Numbered from the stretch's first letter, positions 11,794 to 23,739 are shown. The stretch is 64,000 bases of DNA from Eukaryota sp. TZLM1-RC (GCA_040285825.1 JAUPSS010000004.1:1-64000); one strand, 5' to 3'. Made by a program: numbers and translations. The notes: generated from the sequence alone by a model not told the origin.

Positions 11794-14700
11794 ATTAATT
11801 TATTTCACTACAAAAGTACAAAAGCTATGAGCTACAAAACTATAATTTATCTCTACTTACTACTTAGACGAAAAATGAGCAGTTATCAACATAAGGTGAA
11901 TGGACTATAAATGGCAATTTCTACCCTCAATCTTGCACCCCTGGTGGAGGCACAACCTGAGACAGGACGTCGACATTGTTTTCTGCCGATCCTTTGAAAT
12001 TGGAGAGTTTGCTAAGTTCAGAAAAATAACGTTTTTCCGCCCTTGCAGAACCTCTGATAATGGCCACCGATAATTTGGGAACAATATGAGATATCTCTAA
12101 AGTTCTCAGTCTATCGAGGTATTTCCCATGGATCCCACCAGAAACATAGGATATCAGGATCTCCATTAAATCCACTTCACCCTCTTCAATGAGTTTTTTA
12201 TGTTGAAACTTCTTACGCTTCACTGTCGATGCGACATGAGACGCAAGGGTTCCTTCACCACCACCAACGACTGTAAGGTCGTAGGCAGTTCTAGATGATT
12301 CATCAATTAAGTCAGGCCTACTGGCTTGAGACCATCTATTGAACTCACTCTTTGGCTCGATCCTAAATCCACTTGCCCTCCCAGTTATTTGTACAAGTGA
12401 ATCGTGGCGCGCTATTACTTCTCTAGAAGTTTTGCAATTGACAAAATGGCTAGCCGTTATGTCTTTCGCTCCACAGCTAGGGTAACCACACTTGGATCGA
12501 GGCTTGCTATGCATGAGTCTTCTTCTTACTCCGCTCATCATAGCATGATCGTCTAGTGTCAAATCTCTTTCAGTTGGAACAACTGTTAACCACCTGTGAC
12601 ACTCAGGCGTTAATTGCAGCTCAACCTCATGTCTGAGAGTTCTAGGTATCGCTGAAACATTGCTGGCTTTGCACTCTTCTGGAAAAAGAACCATTTCTGA
12701 AGACATTGCTGGCTTTTTGAAATAGTCCGTACATTCTTCGAAGAGTTGCTTCGCGAAATCTAAGTGGTAGAGACGTGTCTCTAGTTTTTGCATTCCTCTT
12801 AGATCAGCAATGCTAAGTTCTAGGAATGAACTCACATGTTTGGGGTCAACGAAACTACCTAACAAATAATCTAAACGAGATATTGTTGATTCTGTATACA
12901 GGTCCATAATTTTATTTTTATACCCCTATTTACCACAACAATACTACTTGCTAGACTACTTGCATTGGCAAGAACGCTAACCTTACTCCAATCGGTCATT
13001 CCGAGGCCGCCCCAGTTCATTGGCAAGGAGACCAACCCATCAAAGAGAACTTCCGTCTTGAACCAATTTCTTATGCAATTACAGACCAATTCATGAAACT
13101 TTTCCAAAAGTGAATTCGCCAGGTCAGGGGTCCAAGCGCGAGCAAGGAATCCTAGTTTGGGTTGAATACACATTCTTAAAAGTAACAAGCGATATTGCAA
13201 AGGAAGTATCTCTAAGCTTACTAGACTCTTTTCTAGCTCTTTGACTTTTAAGTCACTTTGTTTTTGGGGATAGGGAACCGATAGGACATCCTAAGACGTC
13301 AAAGGTTGGGTTGTTCGATAGTTGAACTATCTCGCATTTTTCGCGGTTGACTTTGCATCCAACAGGGGCACTTAGTTCCGAGAACAAGTCAAGGAACATA
13401 TTACATTGTTCTTCGCTAGTGCAGAGAACTGCAATATCATCCAGATAACCTAGAGACACGGCATCTGGGAATTCAGAACCCATTTTGGACATGATATCAT
13501 CTATGCCTACGGCAAAGAGATACGGACCTAGTGGGTCTCCCTGTTTCACACCACACGTTGATTCAATGCTTCCTTCCGAATGGAAAAGCTTAGAGCTTCT
13601 TCCGTAAATTCTTAGGAACGAAGGTACCATTTCTGGTGCTAAGTTCTTCAAATTTTTCAGAATTTCACATCGATGAATACTATTGAAAGCATTCGCTATA
13701 TCAATTTTCAACAAATGAGAAAATCGATCTGTGGTGGTAGATTGTCTTACAGAATGAATAATGGCTTCAGCTCCACAAGGGATCTTAACACCAAATTGTC
13801 CATTCATCGCCAATCTTTCCGGGTCAACCTTACGGAGTATAGCCTTGGCGTATATCCGGTAGAACAGTTCTCCGACGGCAATTGGTCTTACACTATGACC
13901 GTCGTTTTTGGGGATGGGTACTAGACGAGAATTTAAAAGGACTTCAACAAGAACCTCTTGACTTTCGTCTTGAGGACCATTATGAAGCACCTTCGAGATA
14001 TACCAAAGCATATCATCGAAGTAGGCTCCCGAAGGAACCAACTTCTTCGTCCACATTGTGGGACCACCGGAAGAAGAAGTGCACATTGTTCTAAGAACGC
14101 CGGTTACATCTTCAATAGATAAATCGATCTTAGGCGAACCTGGATCGATATCAGCAACTTCTCCAGATGGATGCAATTTTTGAAGTTGCGCGGTGATCTG
14201 CTCTTTGGTTAATTGAAATGGCGTAACATCGCGTTCGAGTAAAGCCATCGCCTTACTACATGAACCATCTCTAACCAACTCCATCGCCCTCCTTGACTGC
14301 TCTTTCGCGATTCCCTCTTCAGTTCTATTTTTTCTTTTAAGATTATCAGGCCTTAAAAGATTAACCACCTCGTTGCATGTTATTTCGTCCTGATTATTAC
14401 GATTGATAAGATCAATAAGACGATTAAGCTGGGTGAAACAATTTCCCTTTCTACCATATAGAAAAACATAAGGGGAAATCAATAAATACATCCATTTTTG
14501 AGTCATCGTGGCATCACTATTAGCAATGCTTCCAATAACTCCTCTCCAAGTACCCTTGGACCGAAGTCTAGCGTACCTGGTGGATGCAATTTCATGGTAG
14601 AGTACTCTAAACAATTCCGCACTAAGTACAGGCAGTTCTTTGTACTCTAGACCAGCTTCAGGCATGCATACCTTCTTATGATTTGTTAGCCCAGTCGAAG

Positions 14701-17339
14701 TGAAAACACCTCTACAGGAAGGGCACACACCGTATCCCTTTGCTGCTAACTCATCATCCGTGACCCCCGGATGAAACCTCGCCAAATGCTCTAAGAGCTT
14801 ATTGTTATTAGGAAAAGTCCAGTCACAACTGGTAACTGGACAAACTTTTTTAACTTTTCCCTTACAATACTTTTTATGGATGTTAATTGATTTGGGTTGA
14901 TCTTTCACCACTGTTCTGCATTTACCGCAGCGGTGGAATCCATTCGCTTTATATTGAGAATCAGGGATGTCCCCGTGCTCTACACTCAGGTGATTGTGTA
15001 GGCTTTTAATTGTATTGAATGTGAACTCACATTCTTCGACGAAACACGTGGTCAGCTTAATAGTTCCTTGTGATCGTCTTCCTATTGGTTTCTCTAGGCT
15101 TGGACTTGGAGAGTGATCTCTAGTTTCGGCCGCCAATAGGTCCCTGATATCTCGCGGGGGTCTTGAGGGGTTAGAACTGGTTTGACTGGTTTGTTTTTCT
15201 TTGCCTGGAAAGACAAACTTTAAACCTTCTTTTAATTTTGATTGTGGTTGTTGAGTGCAATCCTCGACACTCATTGCTCTAATTGGAACATATGTAAAAT
15301 TAGGTGACTTATCACCTACAATGCTGTTTTTTGCAAAACGCAGAGCCATTTTCATTCGTTCCTTTGTTAATTTATTCGCAGCACTGGAGACACCTTTTAC
15401 TTTCTCCAATGTTAATACATAGGGTAACCCTTCCCTTTTAGAGCATATTTTATTAATAACAGGTCTTAGCTGTGTTACATTCACTGTTGACCTACCCATA
15501 ATTCTCTCGAAGGCCCAGTCGCAATCGGTGATAATCACTGCAGATTGCATATCCCGAGGACGTACCTCAGGTTTTTCAATTAGGAGCATTGCTGCCAGCA
15601 AAGCATGGCTTTCTGCACCTAGACCGGTTGTAACGCCTTCACAAGGTCCGTAGTAATCTAAATAATGGTCCCCGTTATAATACATAACGATTCCCATTCC
15701 CGTCCTTGTATTTGACTTGGGTATGCTTCTAAATGCACCACTTGCGTAGATCATTAGAGCATTTTGAGGATTGGGGATTCTATGTTTAGGCCCTGTACTC
15801 TCCGAATCCTTAAAAGAGACAGTGCCACTGTGTGCTGGTTTTAAACCTGATTTTAGGTGTTTCTTTGCTGTTGATACACCTCGCTGATGAGTGTTTCTTG
15901 CTGTTGATACAGCTAGCTGGTGGGTGTTTTTTGCTGTTGATACACCTAACTTAGGTGTTTTACTCGTTGATGTGACACCTTGTCTAGGTTTTCCCGCTGT
16001 TGAATGTCTTTTTGACCTTTTCTTAATGCAATCAATTTCAATGTGAGAGCCAGAGTTTAAATTTTCGTTACCAATAAAGGTAGGCTTGTGCCCCTCCCTA
16101 TCCTCCGAAGAGGAATCGGGAGAGCGAGAACGTAAACTGCTAGAAGGACCTGACATATCATGAATTTTTTGAAAGAAGAAAAAGAAAAATATATTTATAA
16201 CCACTCGGTATTCAGTGATTGTTGTATTTTTTTTTGTTTGTATTTATTTCTCACCTAAGGTTAGTTTTTTTTTGTTCGGTCCCCTTCCCAATTAGCTTAC
16301 GAAGGTTTCCTCATGAGAAGTCGACAGTGTCATACTCATAATACCTGCTCTAAGTAAAACACTGTTGATCCTAGTTTGCCTTATATGAATATAAGTCATT
16401 CTTGAATCACTTACCCTCCTCGAAGACTAAATAAAGGAATTCTTTGTCCCAGGAAAATTTTCAAAGAAAAAACCCCCAACAATGGAATCCATTGATGAGG
16501 GTTGTGACAAATCTAATGTTGAAAAATGTTTGTTAAGTCCTATGTCCCAAATGCTACACGGGAATACCCTACGCCCACTAATAGTATATGAACCCCCTCC
16601 GACAAGGTAATATACTAAAGTGTTGAAATGGAATAGGTAAACAAGACTATGTCTGAACACCGAATTTGTAAATCTTCCCCGGAAACGGAGGGGTTCAACA
16701 GTCCGAAGACCATCAAACTCCGGTTGGAATCTACGCCGACTTAGTTCGAACAATGTCTTAGTTTAAGTGTTGACCTTCAAGTCATCTAAACATCCTGAAA
16801 CAAATTAATGTAACAGAGATTAAGCGAAAGGACAAGGCAAGAACTTCAAAAGCTCTCGATATCTGCTCAGTTTCAACTGAGCTTCGTCAACTACTGTATA
16901 TCATAGGATGCCACCTAAGATTATTAAAATCCACTCGCTATGTGTTAGGTCTTCGCGAGCTTAACTGAAACAAATTTCATATAAGAATTTTTACAAATTC
17001 CTCTTGGGATTCTGAGTAGTTGTTCTAAAGAACAACTACAGTTCACGACGGTCTTAATTAATTATAACTACTGTTGCTCAAAAGAACAACCAACCACCAA
17101 GCCTAATGGTTTTCGTGTTTGTTAGTCAGACACTCCGAAGAGCACCAAACTAACGGTTTCACTGAATGTTTCTCCAAGGAGCAACAAACTTTCAAGAATT
17201 CCCTTTTGGGGGTGTCAAACTGCCGTTCAAAAGAGCAGCAGTCTAACTCTTGGACCAATTATCCTTATACCTGACATTTTAAAGATACACCCGATTGCTC
17301 GGTTACTCTTGCTCAGGCATAAACGGATACCAAGCAATA
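11794..17339 (-). mobile_element. Family D: near full-length (5.5 kb) CRE-like RLE non-LTR retrotransposon, same sense as rRNA; 3' end in 18S, 5' end in 28S
   Basis: Non-rDNA sequence bounded by sharp rDNA junctions. ~1.2-kb 5' leader, ~4.2-kb ORF, 133-bp 3' UTR ending AATAAATTAAT. Confidence 0.93.
11927..16156 (-). CDS. Retrotransposon polyprotein (~1400 aa): RNase H-like domain, 4 zinc fingers, reverse transcriptase, CCHC, RLE; split by two frameshifts (~13250, ~12900)
   Basis: Joins track ORFs 13253-16204, 12871-13200 and 11927-12907. CRE-type RT motifs LVPIPK..VRPIAVGE, QFGV..G.E, DIANAFNS, GVKQGDPLGP, YLDD, LGCPIG, GGLG. RLE motifs C..C..H..C..RHD, EP..RPD..YDLTVVGG..K. ATG at 16156 is the likely start. 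Confidence 0.9.
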
Positions 17340-18001
17340 CCTACGACTTGCAGAAGAGATACACTCCTTGGTCCGTGTTTCAAGACGGGACAATTGAACC
17401 TTTTATGTTGGAGTCTCGGTAAAACCGTATTCCTGATTCTTAAAAAAGAACAATTTATGAGGCTATAACACTACAATAAACCGAAGTTCATTATAGCTAC
17501 CTTCCCCACAATCACTCAATTTTCAAAATCACACCAACGCAAGACAGCCGAAGCTATCAATATCAAGTTCCAATCGCTTATCCTTTCAGTGATTTCAGGT
17601 ACTTTTAACTCTCTCTTCAGAGTTCTTTTCACCATTCCCTCACGGTACTTGTGAACTATCGGTCTCCTTTTATATTTAGCTTTATGGGAAACTTACCCCA
17701 CATTTAACGCTGCATTCCCAAACAGCGCGACTCTCGGAAAATCAGTAGTGAATCAATTACTTCGATGTCATTTACAGGATTTTCACCTTCCATGATACCC
17801 TTTTCCAAAGGACTTATACATCGAGAACCGAATACTGGTTTCCATAGACAACAACTCTTCACAATCAATAGATCATAAAGATTCAGTCTTGAGCTTTTTC
17901 CTGTTCGCTCGCCGCTACTAAGGAAATCATAGTTATTTTTCTTTTCCTCCCCTTATTGATATGCTTAAGTCCAGGGGTGATCTTACTTGAAATCAGGTCG
18001 A
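17340..18001 (-). rRNA. 28S rRNA 5' fragment (~660 nt), truncated at the 5' junction of element D
   Basis: Matches 10135-10796. Confidence 0.95.
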
Positions 18002-18160
18002 AATGATGTCTAAAAAGACAATATATGAAAGAGATGAGTCGTCAATTAATGTAAAAGTTGCCTTCAACAATAAATGTTGACAAAAGTCAATCATATATTT
18101 GATTATTTAAGAAAAGAAGTAACCTTCAATTCCAATTATCCGAAATGGAAAAATAAAAGA

Positions 18161-18322
18161 CGACGCTGATTCAAGTATAGTTCAATAAAGCCGAAGCTCT
18201 AAAGAACTACCATTTGCGTTCAAAGTTTCGATGATTCACAGATTCTGCAATTCACATTACGTATCGCAATTCGCTGCGTTCTTCATCGATAAAGGAGCCG
18301 AGACATCCATCACTGAAAGTTG
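18161..18322 (-). rRNA. 5.8S rRNA (second copy)
   Basis: Same sequence as 10955-11116. Confidence 0.95.
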
Positions 18323-18420
18323 GATGTTTCATAGAAACTATTAGTTTTTATAATAAAAAGGGTTGGTTCGGTATTAGGTTTCAGTTAAAGTGAAACTTGG
18401 CACGCCAAGCTCACAAACGA

Positions 18421-18560
18421 CAATGATCCATCCGCAGGTTCACCTACGGATACCTTGTTACGACTTCTCCTTCCTCTAGATGCAAAGATTCACTGAATTT
18501 TCCCAACAAGTCTTGCTTTGCAGCTTAACCCATTGAGTCCAAACATTTCACCTCAACATC

Positions 18561-18606
<46 letters not shown>

Positions 18607-19055
18607 TTCAGCGCATGCTGATGACATGCACTTACAAGTTATTCCTCGTTCAAGACCCATAATTGCAAGGATCTATCCCAGTCAAGATAGGTATTCACAA
18701 GATTACCCAAACCTTTCGGTTAAGGACAAACTCGTTGTACCTACCATTGTAGCGCGCGTGCGGCCCAGAACATCTAAGGGCATCACAGACCTGTTATTGC
18801 CTAAACCTTCCTCTGTGTAAAACCACAGCAGTCTCGCTAAGAAGTTCAAACTATCCGAAAATAGAATAAAACTAGTTAGCAATTTAGATCTCGTTCGTTA
18901 TCGGAATTAACCAGACAAATCACTCCACCAACTAAGAACGGCCATGCGCCACTAACCGTAAGATCATGAAAGAGCTATCAATCTGTCAATCCTTATCACG
19001 TCTGGACCTGGTAAGTTTCTCCGTGTTGAGTCAGATTAAGCCGCAGGCTCCACAA

Positions 19056-19114
<59 letters not shown>

Positions 19115-20202
19115 TTACCCAAGAACTTATGGTTTCCCATAAGGTGCTAATAGGGTCGTATTTAACGCCTACTAATCCCTAGTCGGCATAGTTTATGGTT
19201 GAGACTACGACGGTGTCTAATCGTCTTCGATCCCCCAACTTTCGACCTTGATTAATGAGAACATCTTTGGCAAATGCTTTCGCAGTAGTTAGTCATCCGG
19301 CAATCCAAGAATTTCACCTCTGACACCGGAGTACTAATGCCCCCAACTGTCCCTTTTAATCATTACTCTAGTTCTCAAAACCAATAAAACAGAACCAAAG
19401 TCCTATTCTATTATTCCATGCTAAGTTATTCAATTGCATAAAGCCTGCTTTGAACACTCTAATTTTTTCAAAGTAAACGGTCTGAATTCAATAGCCACCG
19501 CCGAAGCAAATGACTAGTGTCCTCAGACAGAAAAAACTGTTTACCAACAGGAAAACCTGAAGATACGCAAATTCTGAGATTCAACTACGGACGATTTAAA
19601 CGCAGCAATTTTAAGATACACTACTAGAGCTGGAATTACCGCGGCTGCTGGCAGCAGACTTGCCCTCTAGTAGCTCCTCGTTAAAGGTTTTAAGTTGTAC
19701 TCATTCCAATTACGAACTCAAAAGAGCCCAGTATTGTTATTTTTTGTCACTACCTCCTCGTAATGAGATTGGGTAATTTTCGCGCCTGCTGCCTTCCTTG
19801 GATGTGGTAGCCATTTCTCAGGCTCCCTCTCCGGAATCAAACCCTAATTCCCCGTTACCCGTCATCACCATCGTAAGCCACTACCTTACGATTTAGTTGA
19901 TAGGGCAGTGATTTAAATGATATGTCGCCGTCCGAAGACATGCGATCAGCATAGTTATTATGATTCACCAAAGACCTGTTGCCAGGATTGGTTTTGTATC
20001 TAATAAATGCATACTTCAAAAGAAGTATTTGCTGCATGTATTAGCTCTAGAATTACAACGGTTATCCAAGTAGTAAGTACTATCAAATAAATTATCACTG
20101 ATTTAATGAGCCATTCGCTGTTTCGGAGAAAACTCCTGAAATAGACATGCATGGCTTAATCTTTGAGACAAGCATATGCCTACTGGCAGGATCAACCAGG
20201 TA
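18421..20202 (-). rRNA. 18S (SSU) rRNA, complete
   Basis: 5' TACCTGGTTGATCCTGCCAGTAG, TGCCAGCAGCCGCGGTAA, AAACTTAAAGGAATTGACGG, 3' GGATCATTG; ~1.78 kb. Confidence 0.98.
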
Positions 20203-20877
20203 TCAACAATAAAACATTCCGATTAAAAAACCAGAAAATTTCATAACTGTTACCTTTTGTAAAATCAATCAAAAAATGATTGTAACAATGTTGATCATTT
20301 GTGCTTTCCATAAAGATCCATTACATCCTGATAAATGTAATCAAATCTTATTGATGTGTCAATTTAAATATTCAATCAAAAATGATTTCCATAAAATTCG
20401 ACACGTGTAGTAAAATTTAATGTTTCCATTAAGGCTTACATACAACACCAAAATTTTGTTCAACATGAACAATTGAGCTGTTTTCACATTTTCATAAATT
20501 ATTTAAAAACAATCAATTGAAAATGATCAAATAGCAAGTACTTTCCGAAATGGGATAAAAAAATGAAAATTTCTTTCATTTCCTGACCCCCATTTCACGT
20601 TTCGCCATTTTTTGTGGTCTGATCTCATTTGGATGATTTTGAATCAATTTGTATAAAACAAAGAACCTTTTTGTAAAATCCACAATTTTAGACCATAATG
20701 GTCATCACTGTAAAACAACACCAGCAAATGCTATAACTAGAAATCTGTGATTCGTGTTTATACAAAAAACAGGACAACAGAACCAAAATCTATTGGATAA
20801 TGGGTTGGTAAAATTCCAATGTCAAAATTGGAAAACCTGAAGTTTGAAACCAGACCCAAAATCTGATCTTCCAACCT
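20203..20877 (-). promoter_or_regulatory. 5'-ETS / presumptive Pol I promoter region
   Basis: AT-rich region directly upstream of 18S. The block TGGGTTGGTAAAATTCCAATGTCAAAATTGGAAAA.CTGAAGTTTGAAAC (20801-20850) is repeated in the 1.15-kb IGS units. Start site not identifiable. Confidence 0.5.
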
Positions 20878-23739
20878 TGTAGCTTAGAGAGATAAACGAA
20901 TGTTTTATTATAACTAACACGAGTACTAAACGAGTGATGACGTGGCAATAACTAACTATTACGATTACACTACCCTTCATTTGAGAGTGAGGTCACCTAT
21001 CTACCTTCTTTCTGTGGCGAGTAGGGAGTTTGATTCCATTTTTGTTGGCATAGTCGAGTAAGACGCTGTTGATTCTAAAACCATCACGAAGGTTCTCTAA
21101 TGGTTGCCACAAAGTAGGCCCGTTGAGAAATTTCACTAAGAAACTGATTATCCTCAATACGATGATCAGTGATATTTTCTACGATGAATTCGGAAGAGTC
21201 TAAGGCAGCAACTGTTCTAGCATTATCGTTGAGTTCGTTTGGTAGAAAAGGTAGAAGTTGATATTGAGAAACGTTGTAAGAGCTGTCGTTAACAATACTT
21301 CCAATCTTGTACCCGTTAGATCCAAGTATCTCAAGTACGACGAAGGGTCCAGTGTGCTTAATAAATTTGTTTTTGTTGTCAGATTTCCTAAGAACCAGGT
21401 CTCCAATCTTAAATAGTGGTTCATGTTTAAGATGAGGTTTGGTGAAACTGTCTTGCTGATTCTCGGCAGATAGCCATAAGCTAGTGAGTGTATTTTCAAG
21501 ATCAAGCAGGAACGTTTTTGCCTTTGTGCGTGAATCTAGTTTGAAATTGGAAATGGGTGAAGATAAGATGTGATCGATGATATTTCGTCGTGGTGATGTA
21601 TTAGCCCCAAACAAAAGTGTAAAGGGAGCAAATCCTGTGGATGAGCACGGAAAAGAGTTGATAATTAGTTGAGTGAAGGGAATTAATTTTGACCAATTTG
21701 CCCTATTGTTGTATTCGGCTGCGAATCTGTTTAAAGTAGATCGGATATCTCTGTTTCGTCTCTCTGCGAGTCCATTAGATTCGTGATGGTGTGGGTAACT
21801 GAAAGTATGTTTTATGTGAAGACTTTTGAGTAGAGCAGCGAAAAGGCGATTGTCAAATTCAGGGCCGTTATCTGTTCTTATCGATTCAGGAAGACCAAAC
21901 ATGCAAAAAACAGATGAAATCAAAGCGTTTGCTATAGTCTCTGCCGTAATATTGGGAATGGCTTTCAATATAGAAAATCGTGTGAATGCGTCGGTCATTA
22001 CTAAGATGTATTTGTTCCCATCAGAGTCATCCTGAAGAGGGCCAATGGAATCGAGATGAAGAGATTGGAAGGGTAAGTGTGAGAACAGTTTGCCTGTTAG
22101 AGGCGGAGAAGAAAAAGACGAACTCGAGAATTTTTGGCAGATACCACAGTTATCGATTATGGAATCAACATTTTCTTTGAAGTGAGATGTGTCGAGCTTC
22201 AGGGATTTGAGTTTTTGCAACATACGGGTTTTGCTGAGATGTGCGTTTTCCTTATGGATTGTACTAAGAAATTCCGTACGGAGGTCAGTGTCGTTGAGTA
22301 AAGTTTGTGTGTCCAGGTGTGGTAAGAGTTCATCAAGTTCAGCATAAAGACACAAGTCGTTGTCCGTAGCCATCGAGGATTTCAATTGATGAGTGTAAGA
22401 GCGAGACAAAAGGTCGGCCCATAAGTTTGAAGGTCCGTCAACATGGTGCATGGTGAAGTCATAGTCAAATAAGATTGGTTTCCAGCGTTCTATAAGGGGA
22501 TTTGAAGTTGAACTGTTCAATAGAAAAAGTAAATTCCGGTGATCCGTATGAAGTTCGAAGCAACGTCCAAACAGAAATTCGTGATGAGGTTCGTAGCGTA
22601 GTGATTCGATAATGGCAAAGAGTTCTTGCTTGATGGTTGGCCAGTTTTGCTGAGTTTTTGTTAATTTGCGGGAAAAGAAAGAAACAGGTTTCAGAGAACG
22701 ATCCTTCAGGGGTTTGTTAGGTGCATAAGGAGGAAGTTCTACGAATAAAGCAGCACCAATACCTGTAGAGGATGCGTCGGTAGTCATGATCAAGGGGTGA
22801 TGGTCATCAGGTATAGTAAGAGGGATGATCTTTTTTACGTGATTGATAAGTTGATCGAATGCCTCACGATGGGTTTTGCAAGGAGAGTACTTGGAGTTTT
22901 TTCTCAGTAATTCGTCAAGAGGGGCTCGAAGTGAAGCTAAGTTGGGGATAAAATCTCGTAAAAAGTTGATTGAGCCGAGAAAGGAACGTAATTCGGTTAT
23001 ATTTGATGGGAAATTCAATTGTGTAATGGCTTCTGTTTTGGTGGGGTCTGGGAGTCGTTGGCCGTTGTGGAAGATTGTTCCGACAATTCGTATTGGGTAA
23101 GCCTTAGTTGTGATGATGCTTTTCTTGGCTGATAAGCGGATGTTGTGAGCTCGGCATTGTTTTAGAATCCATGCTATATGATTGATAAAGTCTTCGAAAG
23201 TAGCGGCAGTATCGATGAGGTCATCTATGTAGATCCAAGTGTGATCACTACCAAGGATGTTGTTCAATTGTTTTTGGAAGTGGGCTGGTACTGTGGAGAA
23301 ACCGAAGGGAGCTCGGAGAAACTCAATCTTGCGACCCGGTATTACGATAGCAGTCTTAGGAATATCTTCTTCGTGCATCAATATTTGATAAAAAGCGCGT
23401 GGCAGGTCGAAGCATGCGATGTATTTTGCGTTGGCGAGTTGTTTATGAACTTCGCTTAGACGTGGAATATCGGGGATGATAGGAATAAGGATCTCGTTGA
23501 GTCGCCCATAATCGCCAGTTAAACTAACTGGGCGGTACTCTCGGAGCTTTCGGAACTTGACGAGGTATCGGCTACGCGTTGTTCGGATTCAGACGGGGGT
23601 GGCGATTCGGTATCGGACATAAATCTCGCGGTCTAAAGTAACGTTACTGTAGCTTAGAGAGATAAACGAATGTTTTATTATAACTAACACGAGTACTAAA
23701 CGAGTGATGACGTGGCAATAACTAACTATTACGATTACA
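20878..23739 (-). mobile_element. Internally deleted Ty3/gypsy (chromovirus-like) LTR retrotransposon
   Basis: Identical 92-bp LTRs TGT...ACA (20878-20969, 23648-23739), 4-bp TSD ACCT (20874-20877 / 23740-23743), purine tract TGAAGGGTAG next to the 3' LTR, domain order RT-RH-IN. Confidence 0.95.
21084..23520 (-). CDS. Pol fragment: RT, RNase H, integrase, start of chromodomain
   Basis: GDY.RLN..FDL..AFYQI upstream of the track ORF. Also KTA..APFG..YIDD, TDAS..GIGA..TDH, H..H..C..C, D..D(35)E (TDNGPEF, NGLAER), GPF and EFIVENITDHR. Confidence 0.93.

Noticed and set aside
15850-15990. 33-bp tandem repeat (VSTA.NTHQ) in the element D N-terminus
   Set aside because: Real, but a short low-complexity expansion in a disordered region; no function inferable.
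17043-17054. 12-nt match TCACGACGGTCT between the D leader and 28S next to the family-A site (guide-like?)
   Set aside because: Too short to distinguish from chance, and it is not D's own target.
19651-19660. Substitution in the conserved 18S GGTGCCAGCAGCC motif (reads GCTGCCAGCAGCC)
   Set aside because: Single base in one copy with no compensatory change; cannot separate from sequencing error.
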